This document shows, in pieces, positions 1 through 13,329 of a DNA stretch of 64,000 nucleotides (positions within the stretch are counted from its first letter, which is position 1; every line of letters starts with the position of its first letter). Position numbers and translations under genes: made by a program. Source of the stretch: Girardia tigrina. Lineage: Eukaryota. The stretch is from contig MQRK01225673.1 of the NCBI GenBank assembly GCA_001938485.1, forward strand, positions 5,905 through 69,904, given 5' to 3'. The notes under the pieces are model-generated. The model did not search any database, was not told the origin of the DNA, and saw only the letters and a program-made list of their open reading frames with translations.

Positions 1-826
1 AGGGGGTTGCCCTGTCGTGTTTGTATGGGCTAGAGTACTACTCTTTCCATCCATAGCCACTGTACAAGTGCACGGACAAGTGCAACCGTCGGTCCTATAT
101 GATTTTAGATAGTTATGTGATTGTGTGTCGATTGATGTTAAGTTTTGCGACGGCGGCAGCGCGGCGCTCGCTTTTTGCAAGTATGCTCCGGAAGAAGGCC
201 CGCTGGCCGCAGAGGCCAGCGCGCTGCGAGTGGTTCGCGTCTGCTTGGCAGGCGCGAGAGCGAGAAGCAGCCCGCCGCAGGTGAAAAAATTTTGAAATTT
301 GCGTGGGTGTAAATTAAAATTCTTATAGATTTTAGTTTTTATTAATAAACAATTCACACAACAGCTATTGGTAAAATTATTCGATTTAATAATTAATTTA
401 TTTAAATTTAGATCAAAAATTTTAGCACATTCGGAATTATTTAAAGAATTTTCACAAAAGAAGCAGAAATCGTAAAGTTTTTCTTTGCCAGTTTTCGGAG
501 CAGGTTGGACAGAAATGACATATTTAGTACAAAAGATAGTTTTATTCTGAGAAAGTCCGATAGAATAGATCGATTCCGTATTGGAGATCGGTATTTTACA
601 GCTAGAACAAGATTTAACCGAATTGGTACGGATTAAACCGGTTGAAGTGCATTTTCTACACACTATTTTCTCATTATTAACAATAAAGAGCTGAGAAATT
701 TCTGGATTTATAAGAGTTTTACAGAAATCGCAATTTAGATCGGTATTGGACTTATTAAAATCGGTTTTACCGTTAATACAGTTTTTACAGAAGGTTACTA
801 CTTGATCCTCGAAGGAAATTTCGATT

Positions 827-1258
827 TTGTCGGCACTATTTAACGGAGTATTGCAGCCCTTACAAGAAGCTGTTGAAATAGTGGAAGAATTAGTCGACTC
901 GGTAACTAATTTTCTGGACAAAGGAAGGATAGAAAGATCTGCAGTTGAAGTGCACATAGTGCAGATTAATTCGGTATTATTATCGGTATCAAGACGCAAA
1001 AATTTGGAATTCAAATCGATAATAGTGAAACATATTGAACATTTAGGAACAAAAGCCGAATCCAGACAATTATTAGGATTATTACCGAGTCTATTATCGA
1101 TTTCTCCAGATAGTGGACACGGGGCGCCGGTCTTCTTGTTAAGAGTCGGTAAATTATTCGCAATAAATTCGAGTCTATTATCGATTTCTCCAGATAGTGG
1201 ACACGGGGCGCCGGTCTTCTTGTTAAGAGTCGGTAAATTATTCGCAATAAATTCATAA
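827..1258 (+). CDS. Hypothetical helical protein fragment inside LTR-like segment
   Basis: 143-codon stop-free frame with amphipathic pattern (LQPLQEAVEIVEELVDSVTNFL); non-ATG start in the ORF track; C-terminal 28 aa duplicated by the tandem repeat; no recognised domain. Confidence 0.25.
   Translation: MSALFNGVLQPLQEAVEIVEELVDSVTNFLDKGRIERSAVEVHIVQINSVLLSVSRRKNLEFKSIIVKHIEHLGTKAESRQLLGLLPSLLSISPDSGHGAPVFLLRVGKLFAINSSLLSISPDSGHGAPVFLLRVGKLFAINS
1086..1254. repeat. Perfect 84-bp tandem duplication
   Basis: CGAGTCTATTATCGATTTCTCC...GCAATAAATT starts at 1086 and again at 1170. Confidence 0.95.
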
Positions 1259-2343
1259 TTAAAATTAAAATCATTATTCTGTAACATAATGAATTTGTTG
1301 TTCTCAAGCTGACTGTAAGAGAAAGAAGCGTATTGGTGGACCGATACAGTCGGGAAGGAAGTCACAGGATTATGAGTGATGTAGAGAAGCCTGAAACCGC
1401 GGGCAGCAGCTCTCGGGGCAACGACAGACAAGATATAACTCATATCGTGCTCGGGTGCATTACATTAAAAAAAAAGATTTCGTTTTCAAAATGTCAAACA
1501 ATTTTTCATTAAAAAAATATTCGATTAATTGACTAATCCATTTGATTTATTGTTGGATTTACGTATTTTTAAATAATCGATTAAATTAAAATATTTAATA
1601 TCGATTTAAAAATCACAAAAGACATTTTATTGAATTTTAAAACAACATTGTTTCTATTCAACATTTTTTAATTCCATATTTATATTTACATTAATTTTTT
1701 ATTTGTTCAATTGTTGTCGATTAAACTCCCTTTTCTTGAGTTTATTTTTAAATTTTAATAAAAAAATTGTTTTTTTTTAATATTTAGTGAAAAGGTGAGA
1801 AATTGATAAGAAAATTTATGATTTAATTTTGATTAAATCATTGTTTAATTATTAAACTTTAATAAAAATTTGTGATCTAGCGGTTACTGCAGTTAGGATG
1901 GAAGATATTTCAAAACCTTTTTTTATGAATATCTCATGGTGCTTGTCATTGGCGAATTGAAGTAACTGAACTGTCAAGGTAGCGTAATAATTACTATTAA
2001 CTGTTCTTCCATTGTGAAGATTTTCAACTTGCAATACACAATTTAAATCACAAAATTGACAACAAAAGCTTTCTTTCAGATGGCTGTTGATTTAATGAAC
2101 TCGACAATTTTTCACCTGCATTTACTAGCTGCTTTGTTTTAGCTGAACTAAGAGAATCCTGATAATGAATCCATGACTAACCTGGTCAAGGGATTGTCTT
2201 AAATTTGTATCAAAACAAGATCAGCAAATTGAATACATGTCTGAATTTTTGTTATCCAGAGACATAAACGTTTTGCATTTTATGAGAACGAATTGGACCA
2301 ATTACTGTTTTTTTGGTAAACTTAATTTCTTTGCAGCACAAGA

Positions 2344-2539
2344 TAGATCTCACCGACATTTTGTTAAGGAAAACTTCATCAGAAGCTTGCTTCAAGAGAG
2401 CAGAATTAAGTCCAAATCCCCTGTCATTCGTCCACCTTTGGATTCTTGGCATCCGATGAAAATAAATAAATAACAACTATAAAGTAGAACTATACTACAT
2501 AGACTCTAACCTGTTTCTGTTTAGGCCTATACCTTAAAA
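2344..2539 (-). mobile_element. Inverted partial copy of the pogo-like element 5' region
   Basis: Near-identical reverse complement of 3369-3564; encodes MPRIQRWTNDRGFGLNSALLKQASDEVFLNKMSVRSI. Confidence 0.85.
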
Positions 2540-3199
2540 ATTATAATGTCCTTACTTTTTTTGTTTTCATCAGTGATGGTTGCTGCTTGTCTACCACTTG
2601 ATTCTTTACCTTCTATGAATTCTCGATCACAACAACATTTTCTGCCAACCATTTGAGTTTACTATAGGAAAATGTAGAATCTGTATAAACACTATGTTTT
2701 GATTTCCTGAGCTCCTACTTAATTTTCATGTAAGGTCACATGATAGCTTGTTACTCAAATTTATTCATCATCTAAAACAAAGAACATAAAGAATATCATA
2801 AATAAATAACAGGGATACACGTCAAACACTCTGATATAAATTAGAGCTTAGAAAGACAAAATAGGATCCATAATCTAATACCAATAATTTTAATTGAATT
2901 AAGGGAGAAAGGGGTCAGAAGGAAAAAGTGTCTGTTGTAACATCTCGCGCTACATCAGTTTAAAGTCGTGATCATAGTATTTGAAGAATTAGTATTTTTA
3001 AAGAAAATTGATTTTTGCAGTAACTTTAGTAAGTTTGGAGATCTACCAAATATTTTTAATAAATCTGTGCCCATTCGTCAGTAAAAGGTAAAATTTTGCA
3101 TTTCATTCTATCATTAAATGAAGTTTGTTCATACGTATTTGAAATCTGAATGTGATTGCCAACTTTGCTATAACAAGATGGAACAGATGGAGGTTACGT

Positions 3200-4115
3200 G
3201 TTGGGGTTAGTTGTAACAGCATATAGTGGGGTCGGTTTTAACATGTTACAACTGATCCGGCGCTATGTAGGCGAGATATTTTGAAATTGCTTCATAACAA
3301 ATATGTAAATTTATATCAGTTCATTTAGTCAGCACACTAATGTTGCAAAATAATGGTCGGCCTATTCTTTTAAGGTATAGGCCTAAACAGAAACAGATTA
3401 GAGTCTATGTAGTATAGTTCTACTTTGTAGTTGTTATTTATTTATTTTCATAGGATACCAAGAATCCAAAGGTGAACGAATGACAGGGGATTTGGACTTA
3501 ATTCTGCTCTCTTGAAGCAAGCTTCTGATGAAGTTTTTCTTAACAAAATGTCGGTGAGATCTATAGCTAAAGAGAAGAACATTTTTCATGTGACCCTTTT
3601 TCGATTCTGCAAGAAAAGATCAGAAATGATGTAACTAGGCTCGACAGCTCTTCCTAGCTTTGGCTATCAAAGTGCGACACGGATTTTCAGTCATGAGCAA
3701 CAACTGATGTTTGTCGAATATTTGAAAACAACAGTAGACATATATTATGGATTAAGTCCACTGAAAGTAAAAAAATAACCTATGAGGTGACAAGTTTTCA
3801 CATTAAAATTCCACAATCTTGGGAGACTAAGAAGTTTGCAAGCCCATCCTGGTTTTCTAGATTTCTAAAAGGGAATCAGGAAATAAACATAATAAGTCGT
3901 CAAGCCATAAGCCTCTCCAGAGCTACGAGTTTCAACTGGACAAATGTTTTAAAGATCTTTGACAATTTGTAAGACGTTCTGTCACGCTACAATTTTGACG
4001 GTTAAGATATCTGGAACGTAGATGAAACTGGTATTAAAACAGTAAAAGCTCCAGCCAAATTGTTGCAAGGTGGGAAATAAAGCAGGTTGGTGCTGTGACT
4101 TCAGCTAAACGTGTA
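3200..4115 (+). pseudogene. pogo/Tigger (CENP-B/DDE_1) transposase remnant
   Basis: psq-type HTH (KMSVRSIAKEKNIFHVTLFRFC), CENP-B HTH (SWFSRFLK, QAISLSRATSFN), first catalytic motif IWNVDETG at ~4010-4032, KQVGAVTS; multiple stops; GGGGTTAGTTGTAACA-type subterminal motifs at ~3203-3250. Confidence 0.85.
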
Positions 4116-4356
4116 GTGTTTATAAGAAGAGTAAAGATCGATCTAGCTGTCCTTAACATACATAAACGTTTTATGTCAGTGGAACGAATGGAATGAGCAA
4201 TTTTTGGAGACTGTCTATGTGTGGGCTTCCTAACCACACCCATATATATGTTTGTACAAAAAATCTTTAAATGAAATACAAACCACACTACTTCAAAATC
4301 ACATAAAAATAATCCACATAAAAATACCTTACAATATATATATATATATAAATATA

Positions 4357-4710
4357 CAGTCAGGTGCAAAAGTTTGTGAACGCTTGTTTCCACACTGCTT
4401 TTTGTTGTTGCACTGCATGTTTGTGTATTCCTTGTTAAGTATACATAAACCATTTAAATGATTAAATGCATATTTTATTTTTATTATTTTTGAAAACTGT
4501 TTGGACTCAAAAAGTGTCACTAGACTATTGTAAAAAATTATGCCGTTCGATGCCTGACCGAATTCATTCTGTTCTCAAAAATAAGGGTAAACACACAAAA
4601 TACTAAATCTACACTGGTTTTTCGTGGTTTATGTGCTTTATGACAAGTTTTGATAAATTTGTGTCTTATTATAATGTTCTAATAAAATCTTTGTATTTTG
4701 GTGTGCTTTT
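4357..4710 (+). mobile_element. Tc1-like internal-deletion derivative
   Basis: TA-CAGTCAGGTGCAAAAGTTTG terminus; Tc1 C-terminus LDYCKKLCRSMPDRIHSVLKNKGKHTKY* at ~4520-4606; right TIR not found. Confidence 0.7.
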
Positions 4711-5815
4711 GTCAATATAATGCAAAAATATAATTTTTTGTCAATATAATCCGGAAAAAAAGGATACATTAAAACTGTTTCAGAATCTCTTAAATGATTT
4801 TATAAGTGATGAAAATAAATGTGTCAGATCGAATTTTACCCTTTCAGTTCTTTCATCCTCATTGTTCGTAATTTAAAAATGTACTAAGCATTGATGACAA
4901 CTTCTTTAGTCTAAAAGTTCAAAAAGAAAGAAATATTAATAAAGGATTTCAAAAATAAATTTCAACTGTACCAAAATTGATATAATGAATTCAATTCAAT
5001 AATGAATTAATTATACCATTCTGATGGGTAGGTAGTCATTACAAGCTCCTTTAGAAAAACAAAAATATACTTAGAGCATCGAATATACTTCTAAAGCCAC
5101 TTACTTTAAATTAAGTGATAATTAAAAAACAGGATATCCTTACACAAAGTATTCTATAAATAATATTCCTCATAGTATGTATTAATATTTCTTTTGAATT
5201 AATCACAATATATAATTTTGTATTTTCCGTTTACATTAATCATCTATCTTATAAAAGAAAAAATTGTATTTAAAATAAAAATATACATAATTATAATTAT
5301 TAATAATGTATTTTAAACAAAGAATATCAGAATATATTCATAAAAGTATGAGATAATTCATAAATTAAAAAAATAAAATTTCAATTTTTGATATTATACA
5401 TGAATTTCATGATTATAATATTGAATAATGAGCGGAAACCACGACTCTTAAGAGTCTCCAAACAATCAAAAGTGGTTCGTAAATGTCATGAAAGTCGGGA
5501 AGGGCGATTCCTAAACTAAACACACCCAAAATTGGGTAAAAACTTTACTTACATAAAAACATAAGGTCAGACCTGATACCCGATGAAATAAGGCGTCAGA
5601 CAGTTGATAATGCAAATGGGCGAACATTGTAACTAAAATATAATATAAATCTTTGAAAAAAAATTACTATGTTTTATTTGACATTTAATTAAAATTTGTG
5701 AAAATTTCAGTAATGATATTTTAGCATTTCTTAACGACAAAGAAACATTAAAAAGAAAAAGATATTTTTAAAAACTAAGAATTAATTTATCTTAATTAGA
5801 TTAAAAAAACAATAA

Positions 5816-5846
<31 letters not shown>

Positions 5847-5857
5847 TTGCTCCTACA

Positions 5858-6086
5858 GGGCTAATTTTTTAGATTACTGATTTTTCAAATTTCTCCGCAT
5901 TTTTATTTTATCTAAAATTTTGTCAACATGATTTTCTATAAATTTAAATTTTTCTTTTGAAACAGTTTTATTATCTTATTGATCTGAATTATTTTTAACG
6001 GTTAAAAAATAAAATATGAAATTCTACCACTCGAACTGTAAAAATGCAGAGAAATCTGAAAAAATAGTGATCTAAAAAATTTGCCC
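5858..6086. mobile_element. MITE-like element with ~46-bp terminal inverted repeats
   Basis: GGGCTAATTTTTTAGATTACTGATTTTTCAAATTTCTCCGCATTTT vs reverse complement of 6041-6086 (GGGCAAATTTTTTAGATCACTATTTTTTCAGATTTCTCTGCATTTT); no clear TSD. Confidence 0.65.
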
Positions 6087-6199
6087 ACCTCAGCAGCAGC
6101 AGCAACTCGGAATGCATAATGATTCTGTTACTACTTGTCAGTCTCTATGGAAACCTTGGACTGTACCGAAAAATCAAAATAATAATAATTATTATTCTT

Positions 6200-7100
6200 A
6201 AACTAAAATTGTCAGCAAAATTCGTACTATAAATCGTTCACTCAAAATTCAAACAAATATTCAGTAAAAAGTCCTAAAATATCAAACATTCGTTTAAGTA
6301 AATTATTCAACAAATTTCGTCTCAGTAAAATATTTGACAAAATTTGTTTTGGAGAAATTTTCAACAAATTTTGTTTTAGCAAAATGTTCAATTAAGTATG
6401 AAAATGATTTTCTTCATTTTTACTTTTCATATTGTTTTCCTTGTGTTCCATTCCTCATATCTCGCTCCATATATGGCGCATTATGACTTTTGTTATGACG
6501 ATTCAATATTAGCCTGGAAACATTTTCGAATAGTTTTTTACTATTTGGTTTTCTTAAAGCAATCGGTTGATTTTGGGTTAAACTTTCTAAAGCTGTTGTC
6601 GATTCTCGACGTTTTTCATTTGTATCTTCAGTTCCAAGATATGAGTTTTTTTAGTAAGATTTTTTTGCTATTCTTGAAGGTTGAAAATGGAAAAAAATTC
6701 ATCTTTTAAAGCCTGATTCTCAAATACTTCATGTACCAATTTTGCACTTGAAGTTCAAAAATCTGGTATAGTTTATTTGGTATTTGAGCTTAATTACAAA
6801 GATCTCTTACTTTATCACTTGCATTGTTTGACAGATCTTTCTTGTGACAACAATATTTTTACCATAAAAATTTAGAATCAATTTCAAAATGCATATCATA
6901 TGCAAATAAGACCTGCATTAGATTGAATTTTGCATAAGTCAGCTTTGTCTTCCATCCACTTCTTGGTATTCTGATCTTTCGGTGATAATATTTCTTGCGC
7001 TAATTTGGGAAGTTTATCGAAAATTCTTCTTACTTCTTCAATCTTCGAAATGCCACAAAAAATTATTGTATTGTCTTGTTTGTCTTCACCAGTAAATATT
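6200..7100 (-). pseudogene. Degraded MULE (Mutator-like) transposase with subterminal short repeats
   Basis: Minus strand, across frameshifts, gives PDFE...HEVFENQAFKR.IFFHFQ, resembling the MULE DFE...VF...GCxFHFxQ motif; degenerate ~27-bp repeats at 6290-6392. Confidence 0.5.
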
Positions 7101-7149
7101 TATTAGAAAATAAATATTCATTATAAAACTATATCTTAGAATATAAAAA

Positions 7150-7420
7150 TAATTGTCCCAATAAAAGCATTGTCCCAAAAAATAACGTCTGATTATTGTG
7201 ACTTTCTTGTTGCCTCTATTCCTCGAAGAATAGAAGCATTCCTCAAAGCCAGAGGAAGACATTCGAAGTACTAGAAACTATTTCTGATGTGAACTACTTG
7301 TTTGTTTCTTCAAAAGTGTGTTGTTTGTTGCGTTTAATTCAATCACGTTATCGTTAAATTAAAGTGGTACTGTGTTACTGTCTAAAAACCATAGTGGAGG
7401 GATCTTTTTGAACAACACTG
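7150..7420 (+). mobile_element. Tc1 3' end fragment with right TIR
   Basis: LVASIPRRIEAFLKARGRHSKY* (~7206-7274), then ...TTTTTGAACAACACTG-TA terminus. Confidence 0.8.
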
Positions 7421-7924
7421 TAATTTTATTTAATAATTTTCATAAGCAGCAGTATGTCTTTTTATATTTGGTCTGCTTATTCCTTTTCTTTGCATATGAG
7501 CTTGAATATTCGATGTTACCAAAATATCTACTGTTAAAGGTAGCACGTTTTTATAATTTGAAGTAAAATACTTTTCAATGGTATACTCATCAGAAACGAA
7601 ATTAATAACATGAAAACTTTTATGAGAGAAAATAGCAAAGAAATGCAAATAGAATTGATCTTAGAATTGATCCATTTGAAGTATTCACAAGTTTTTTTCG
7701 GACAAATTAAATCGATATCTATTGTCAAAAATAAATGGCATTAGTAGAAGCTATTACTGTCAGTTTGTAGTTTTTATATTATTTCTTTTCAAGATTGTTT
7801 AAAAGTTATCGACCACAGCAGTGGAAAATCGCTTTGTTCTTCTATCAGAAAAGTTTTTATAACATAATTGTTTATTATAATTATTAAATTGAGTCTTCGT
7901 GTTTTCCAATTTTGATAAAAAGTA

Positions 7925-8392
7925 CAGGTAGTCGTCGACTTACGACCTATGCAACTTACGACCATTCGACTTTACGACCACAATCGCTAGCCGCGGCGTA
8001 CGACAATGCATACCAGGTTCCGGTAGCACTACCATATATGCGTGTACCATTTCAACTGTAATCCTATCTGTCTTTGATATTTTTCATATAATCCCTCTCA
8101 AGATGTCTACCAAGAGAAGTTGTCTTTGTCTACGCCGGTCTTTATCTACACCAGCGGTCAATAAAATGTTTCCTACATGTCTATATATTTGTATATGTTA
8201 TGTTTGGCAATTGGAAAATGTTTCCTATTGTATTTTTTAAACCTGTATTTTGTAATTTTGTATGTTTTGCAAATATTAAACCAGTTGTACCAGTTGCTCG
8301 GTACTGTACATATAGCCTACTCAACTTACGACCAAATCGTGTTACGACCGGTCTGTCGGAACCAATCGTGGTCGTAAGTCGACGACTACCTG
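7925..8392. mobile_element. Tigger/pogo-family MITE (468 bp)
   Basis: Perfect 23-bp TIRs CAGGTAGTCGTCGACTTACGACC (7925-7947 / 8370-8392), TA TSD on both sides, internal ACTTACGACC repeats. Confidence 0.95.
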
Positions 8393-8413
8393 TACGTATT
8401 TTCATATTATCCC

Positions 8414-8483
<70 letters not shown>
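8414..8483. repeat. (ATT)n microsatellite
   Basis: About 23 consecutive ATT units; source of the poly-Ile ORFs. Confidence 0.98.
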
Positions 8484-9399
8484 CAATATTATTATGTCTA
8501 ACGAAGTCGATAAAAGTCTATGTTATAAAATACATCGTTTCTTTAAAAAAGATGGTGGAAAATTGTTTGCCTAAATTAATGCGATAAAATATTTTCTTTT
8601 ATCCAGAAAAGAGGATGTTATTTAGTAAAATAAGTTTGACTGAAGAAGTCTATTGAAATTTTTTTCTTAATTATTCATAACAGTTGTTGATAATTTAAAT
8701 AAAACTCTTTTAACAAAAGCATAATTTTTATGGGAAAAAAAGTAAAAGTAACAAAATTAAATTTTTAAAATCAAAAAAATCATTTTTTGTAATAAACTGA
8801 CAAGTAAAAAAACTTCTAAAATGTATCAGTTTAAAAAAAATATCTTTATATTTTATTACTTTTTAGTACAAGAGTTTTATGTCATAAGGAAAAGTGTTAC
8901 CGCCTTAACGCTTCATATAATCATGGATCATTGCTGCTATTAATAATCAGTAAAATAAAAAGTAAATCTTTTGCAGTTTTTTATTTTATAATTTATTTTA
9001 AATTTTTAAATTAGAAGATATAAAAGAATCCACAGGTATAAATTTATATTTAAATAAATTATCTTTTTTATTTTTTCCAAAGTTTTATAATTTTAATCAT
9101 TATAATTTTCATTATTTGTTAAATATTTTTGGAAATTTAGATATCAATTTTAAATTTTCAATAACACAAATTTCTATATAAAGGTTTTCTTTAAAATAAA
9201 TAATTATAGGTTAACTTCTCTAGCAACAATTAAAGATGATAAAAATAATCATAAAGTAATAATGGTATCTGTAAAAATAGTGATTAGGCAGTGTTGACCA
9301 ATCTCTATTTTTACTATAAAACAGAAGTTGCCAACAAAGCTAAACTAGCCCAACTCAATATATCAAGGAATTGCGTTAGGCTAATTTAGTGTTCGAGAA

Positions 9400-9780
9400 A
9401 ATAAAACAATTATGCTAAGAGAAAAATAACGATCAACAAAAAACTCTTTTAATTCAACACAATAAAATAACATACGAGAGAGAGAGAACGGCACGGATAA
9501 ATCTTGATTTCGATTAGTGTTTATTATCCAAATATTTTTAGAGAAAGAAAGAACGGCACGGATAAATTTCGGTTTCAATTTCTGTCTATTGTTCAAAGAT
9601 TTCTAAGGAACGATCTTCTGTTGCAACGATATTGATGGAAACGTCAAAGAATTATTCGGTTGCACGACGAGATTTTGAGGAAATAGATTATCTGAGAGAT
9701 GCACCTTCAGGGGAGAATATTGATAGTTTGGTTTGCGGTAAAATTCCTTTGCGAACCGATTTTTACGAAAGAAAACGCTC
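9400..9780. repeat. Dispersed repeat copy A (probable LTR fragment), homologous to 20710-21050
   Basis: Shared GAGAGAGAGAACGG(C/A)AC(G/A)GATAAATC...GGAGAATATTGATA...AAAATTCCTTT.CGAACCGATTTT; the GAACGGCACGGATAAAT motif occurs twice ~65 bp apart in this copy. Confidence 0.8.
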
Positions 9781-10504
9781 TGGATGGCTGTAGTTTCCAA
9801 GGGAGTTTGATTCGAATTGTCAAAGGATACGTATCAAAAAACTCTTCAGTCAATTGCGCTGTATATTTTGTTTGATAAATTTCGTCTTAGTATTTTCTTT
9901 TGTCTTTATGTTTCATTGATTTTTTTTTAAATTTTTAATTTAATCATTGTCATTTAATAATTATAATATAAATAATGGGAGGGGTTTTTTTTGATACCGC
10001 TGCCCCGTCTTTGTCTTTCCTTTTTCCTTCGCATTATTTCAAAATTTGATCTCTTCTTGATTTTCTTTTTCTTGTACAACAAAAAATAAAGACAAAAAAA
10101 TAGTGAACACAAAAGTCAAAGATTACATAAATAAAATGAACAAACGGTGTCAGTAAGTAGGGCACTACAGTATCCATTGATTCTTTCACACAGTTCAATT
10201 CATAATGTTGGCTCTTTAATGAAAGGAGAAATCTTCGGGATCTACAATAGAAAATATATGATCATTAACTGTGTCATTTATTAATGCTAATTATTTAAAA
10301 CAGTGAATTAATTTTGAAATTTAAAAATGGTTACCTTAATGTCATTTTCCCGTATGAATTTCAGTCTTAGTGGATTTCAACTTAAGTTAAGGGGGTGGGT
10401 CAGCTTAAAAGTTTCTTTTTCAATTTTTTAAATCGACCTCCACAACAAAGTCTTATTCTTTATGAAAAGTTTGGTATGTAATATTACATAATACGACAAG
10501 AGTA

Positions 10505-10880
10505 CCGTATATTACCGCGTATAATGCGACCCCTATAATTTTGACAAGGATATCCGACAGAAACCTAGTGTCCACCTATAATGCGATCAATATATTTGTT
10601 AAGCCCCTTCAAACCTTCAAACCGTAAAAACAGTCTTAACATAAAAAAATAAATCATCCAAAAACAAATCATTTATAAATTAAATTCGTCATCGTCACTC
10701 TCTCCGAACATTTCAGCCAAAAATTCATCTGTTGCCAAATCATCACCTGTATATCCATCATCATCGTCCAAGTCTTCCTGTTCCTCATTGCCACTTTCAT
10801 AAATAGCATCATCTTCAGTCCATTCCAAAGCATAGCTGATACCACATTTCAGAAATGAATTCTTTACTATGTCCGACGAA
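10505..10880 (-). mobile_element. pogo-like transposon 3' end (TIR plus acidic C-terminus)
   Basis: TA-CCGTATATTACCGCGTATAATGCGACCC terminus; minus strand IVKNSFLKCGISYALEWTEDDAIYE...MFGESDDDEF, matching the pogo SFxKCGISxxxDGxEDD tail. Confidence 0.8.
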
Positions 10881-11030
10881 AATGATAAGCATTTATTATT
10901 TATAAAAGTAAAAAATGTTCATTATAATACATTTTAATTAGTTTTGACGGATCAACCGTTATCATCAGACTAAACTAACAATGATGTAGTCGCGTTTATG
11001 TATATCAAATGAATGTTTATGTAATCATTA

Positions 11031-11420
11031 TGTAATATATAAATCATAAAAATACTTTCAATGAAGTGGAAGAGGATGGTGTTTGGACATTGATTTTAGG
11101 ATCAAAGGATATGATCATCAATGCTTCACACATCGGACTCTATCAAATTATCGAATTGTGAACACAAAATCATAAGTTTAACAGATAATAGATCCCCAGC
11201 AGTGAGATTGTAATTTTTAATATTTTCTAGTGACCCATGGACGTCCCAACCGATGAAACAAGGATACACTTTGCTATAGTGCTCACTCTGCGTATTCCGA
11301 GAGATATTTTCTTATCTTAAATGGCGAGATTATCGGGACAGAAGAATTTTATCTGATACAATGTAAACCTTTGTTATCCTATGTTGAGCTCATAAAATTT
11401 CCTAGGTTGGGGTAGTAACA
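11031..11420. mobile_element. Probable solo LTR (390 bp)
   Basis: TGTAAT...GTAACA termini; flanks CATTA/CATCA (5-bp TSD with one mismatch); single copy in window. Confidence 0.5.
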
Positions 11421-12375
11421 CATCATAATTAATAAATAGAAAGTAATGGTCAAATATATTATTTATTATATTATTAATTAATATTTAGAATATTTATCTC
11501 CGTTAATTAACATTAATAAGAGGGGTATTTATTTCATGTTTTATTTGTATTATTTCAAGGAAAAAAACAAGATTTTCATTTGCTGGAAATCTAAAACTTG
11601 TTCTTACTGGTAATCCACTGAAATTATTTACTGAAATATTTTTTTCTAAAGATCTGATCTCGATTTTATATATTTAATCACATTTTTTATATCACTAATA
11701 CTTACCATTTTTTATTATTTCCATGTGTTATTTTATATAAATTATTTTTTAATGTTTTGTGTTGCATTAAAGTGAATACCGAAATAGTTGATTGATATTT
11801 ATTAAGTTAATTAATTATTGAATTAAAATTTTAAAATGGCTTTCCGATTTTGATCTTTATATAACGTTACTGTTATGTATGTTCAGTAATGATTGATATA
11901 AAACAAAAAAATATTTATTTACAGACAAAAAATATTTTTTTTAATAAATAATATTTAACTTCATTTTAAAATTTCAATATATTTTTTAATTTAGTTTGTG
12001 TACGGATAACAAAGCTTATAGAAAATGTCACTCAACATAACAAACAGAAACATGAGACTTTGGTAAATATTTTACTGAAGTTTCCTCAGCCAAATTTCGA
12101 AAACACATCTTCTTTATTCTCCGGGGAAATTTTTTAATTTAAAGAAAAAAATTACTGTTTATATATTATAATAGAATTGACTGATTTAAAATTTATATAT
12201 GTTTTAAAATATTAAAATCATGGAATTTAGAAATTGCATTAACAAATATTTTTTTAATTAAATAATATTTTCAATACTGATATTTGCATTCAGCTGGAAA
12301 ATAATTTTTTTAATTTAAAAAAATATTAATTCAAATTTCTTTAATTTATTTTTTTTTAAATTCTTTTTTTATGAA

Positions 12376-12865
12376 TGTGAAGAATATTTTAAATTGTTTG
12401 AATGCGTAAATGTATGGATGCTGTATGTTGATTTAAGTATGTTGGATTTAGAATGGTGATTCTCCCACCCAGATGGAAATTGGTATTTTTTATTTAAATT
12501 TAATGAATTGACTATTCAAACATAATTAAAATAATCATTTTATAAGTTCATATTTTTAATTTCATTATTAAAATTAAGTTAAATAATTTTTAGTAAAATT
12601 TAAATTAAATGTATTTTTAATAATTTGATGATATTTTTATTATTTTGGGATTTATTGAGAAATGGTAAAAATTATTATTTTTTAATTAATATTTTTTTGA
12701 GATTAAATATTTTAAAACATAACTTAGAAAAATTGTTCGAATAATTATGATTAAAAACAGAAATAAGAAAACCAATTCTGATCCCTAGACCTTCTGAGAG
12801 TTGTAATGACTCTAAATGTGATTGTAATAAAAATTCAAATGAGACTTGTCTAAATGTTCTTAATA
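12376..12865 (+). mobile_element. Solo LTR, TGTGAGGAATA family
   Basis: TGTGAAGAATA...GTTCTTAATA; perfect ATGAA TSD; CTCCCACCCAGATGG core; collinear with 34771-37350. Confidence 0.9.
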
Positions 12866-13329
12866 ATGAAATTAAATACTTAGGTATTAAATAAAAGTGT
12901 TTGAAAATATTTATTTAAATAAAATGTTGTCTAAAAACAGTTAAGACGAGTGACACAAATTTATTTTAAATAACTCTGCCGTTCGACGATCCACCGATTA
13001 AAACAAATGGATATTTATTTTCCTCGAATTACACCTCCCCTTGCCATCAAGGCACACACGCACACGCTATTCGTGCACTGGAGGGTCCCGTTGGCCTCCG
13101 GTCGCTGTAATCCGGAACATACAAAATTTTCAAACCGTTTCGGCCGCACGATCGTCCGATGTGACCTCTGCTCCTTGTCTCTGCTCCTCGAAGCCTGACT
13201 GAACTCTGGATCACCTTCCTGGTTGTCCTTCGGTCAATCATTGTCGTCTTTGGAGCTATCACTGTAGACTGGTGTTTTCGAGCTCCGATAGCTCACCCAT
13301 GGCATCTTTGATTTATTATCTGCTGGTTC

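Larger units (their letters stand above)
1..1464. mobile_element. Probable long LTR-like repeat segment (5' part outside window) with GC/CpG-rich patch and orphan ORF
   Basis: GC/CpG-rich 140-285; composition distinct from flanks until an abrupt end at ...GGGTGCATTACA (1464), a typical LTR-type terminus; contains ORF 827-1258 and an 84-bp tandem duplication. No second copy or TSD visible. Confidence 0.35.

Noticed and set aside
5425-5480. Possible hammerhead ribozyme (GAAACCAC...GTGGTT with GACTCTTAAGAGTC hairpin)
   Set aside because: No intact CUGANGA core or stem I/II.
8181-8574. Poly-isoleucine ORFs
   Set aside because: Produced by the (ATT)n microsatellite and the MITE.
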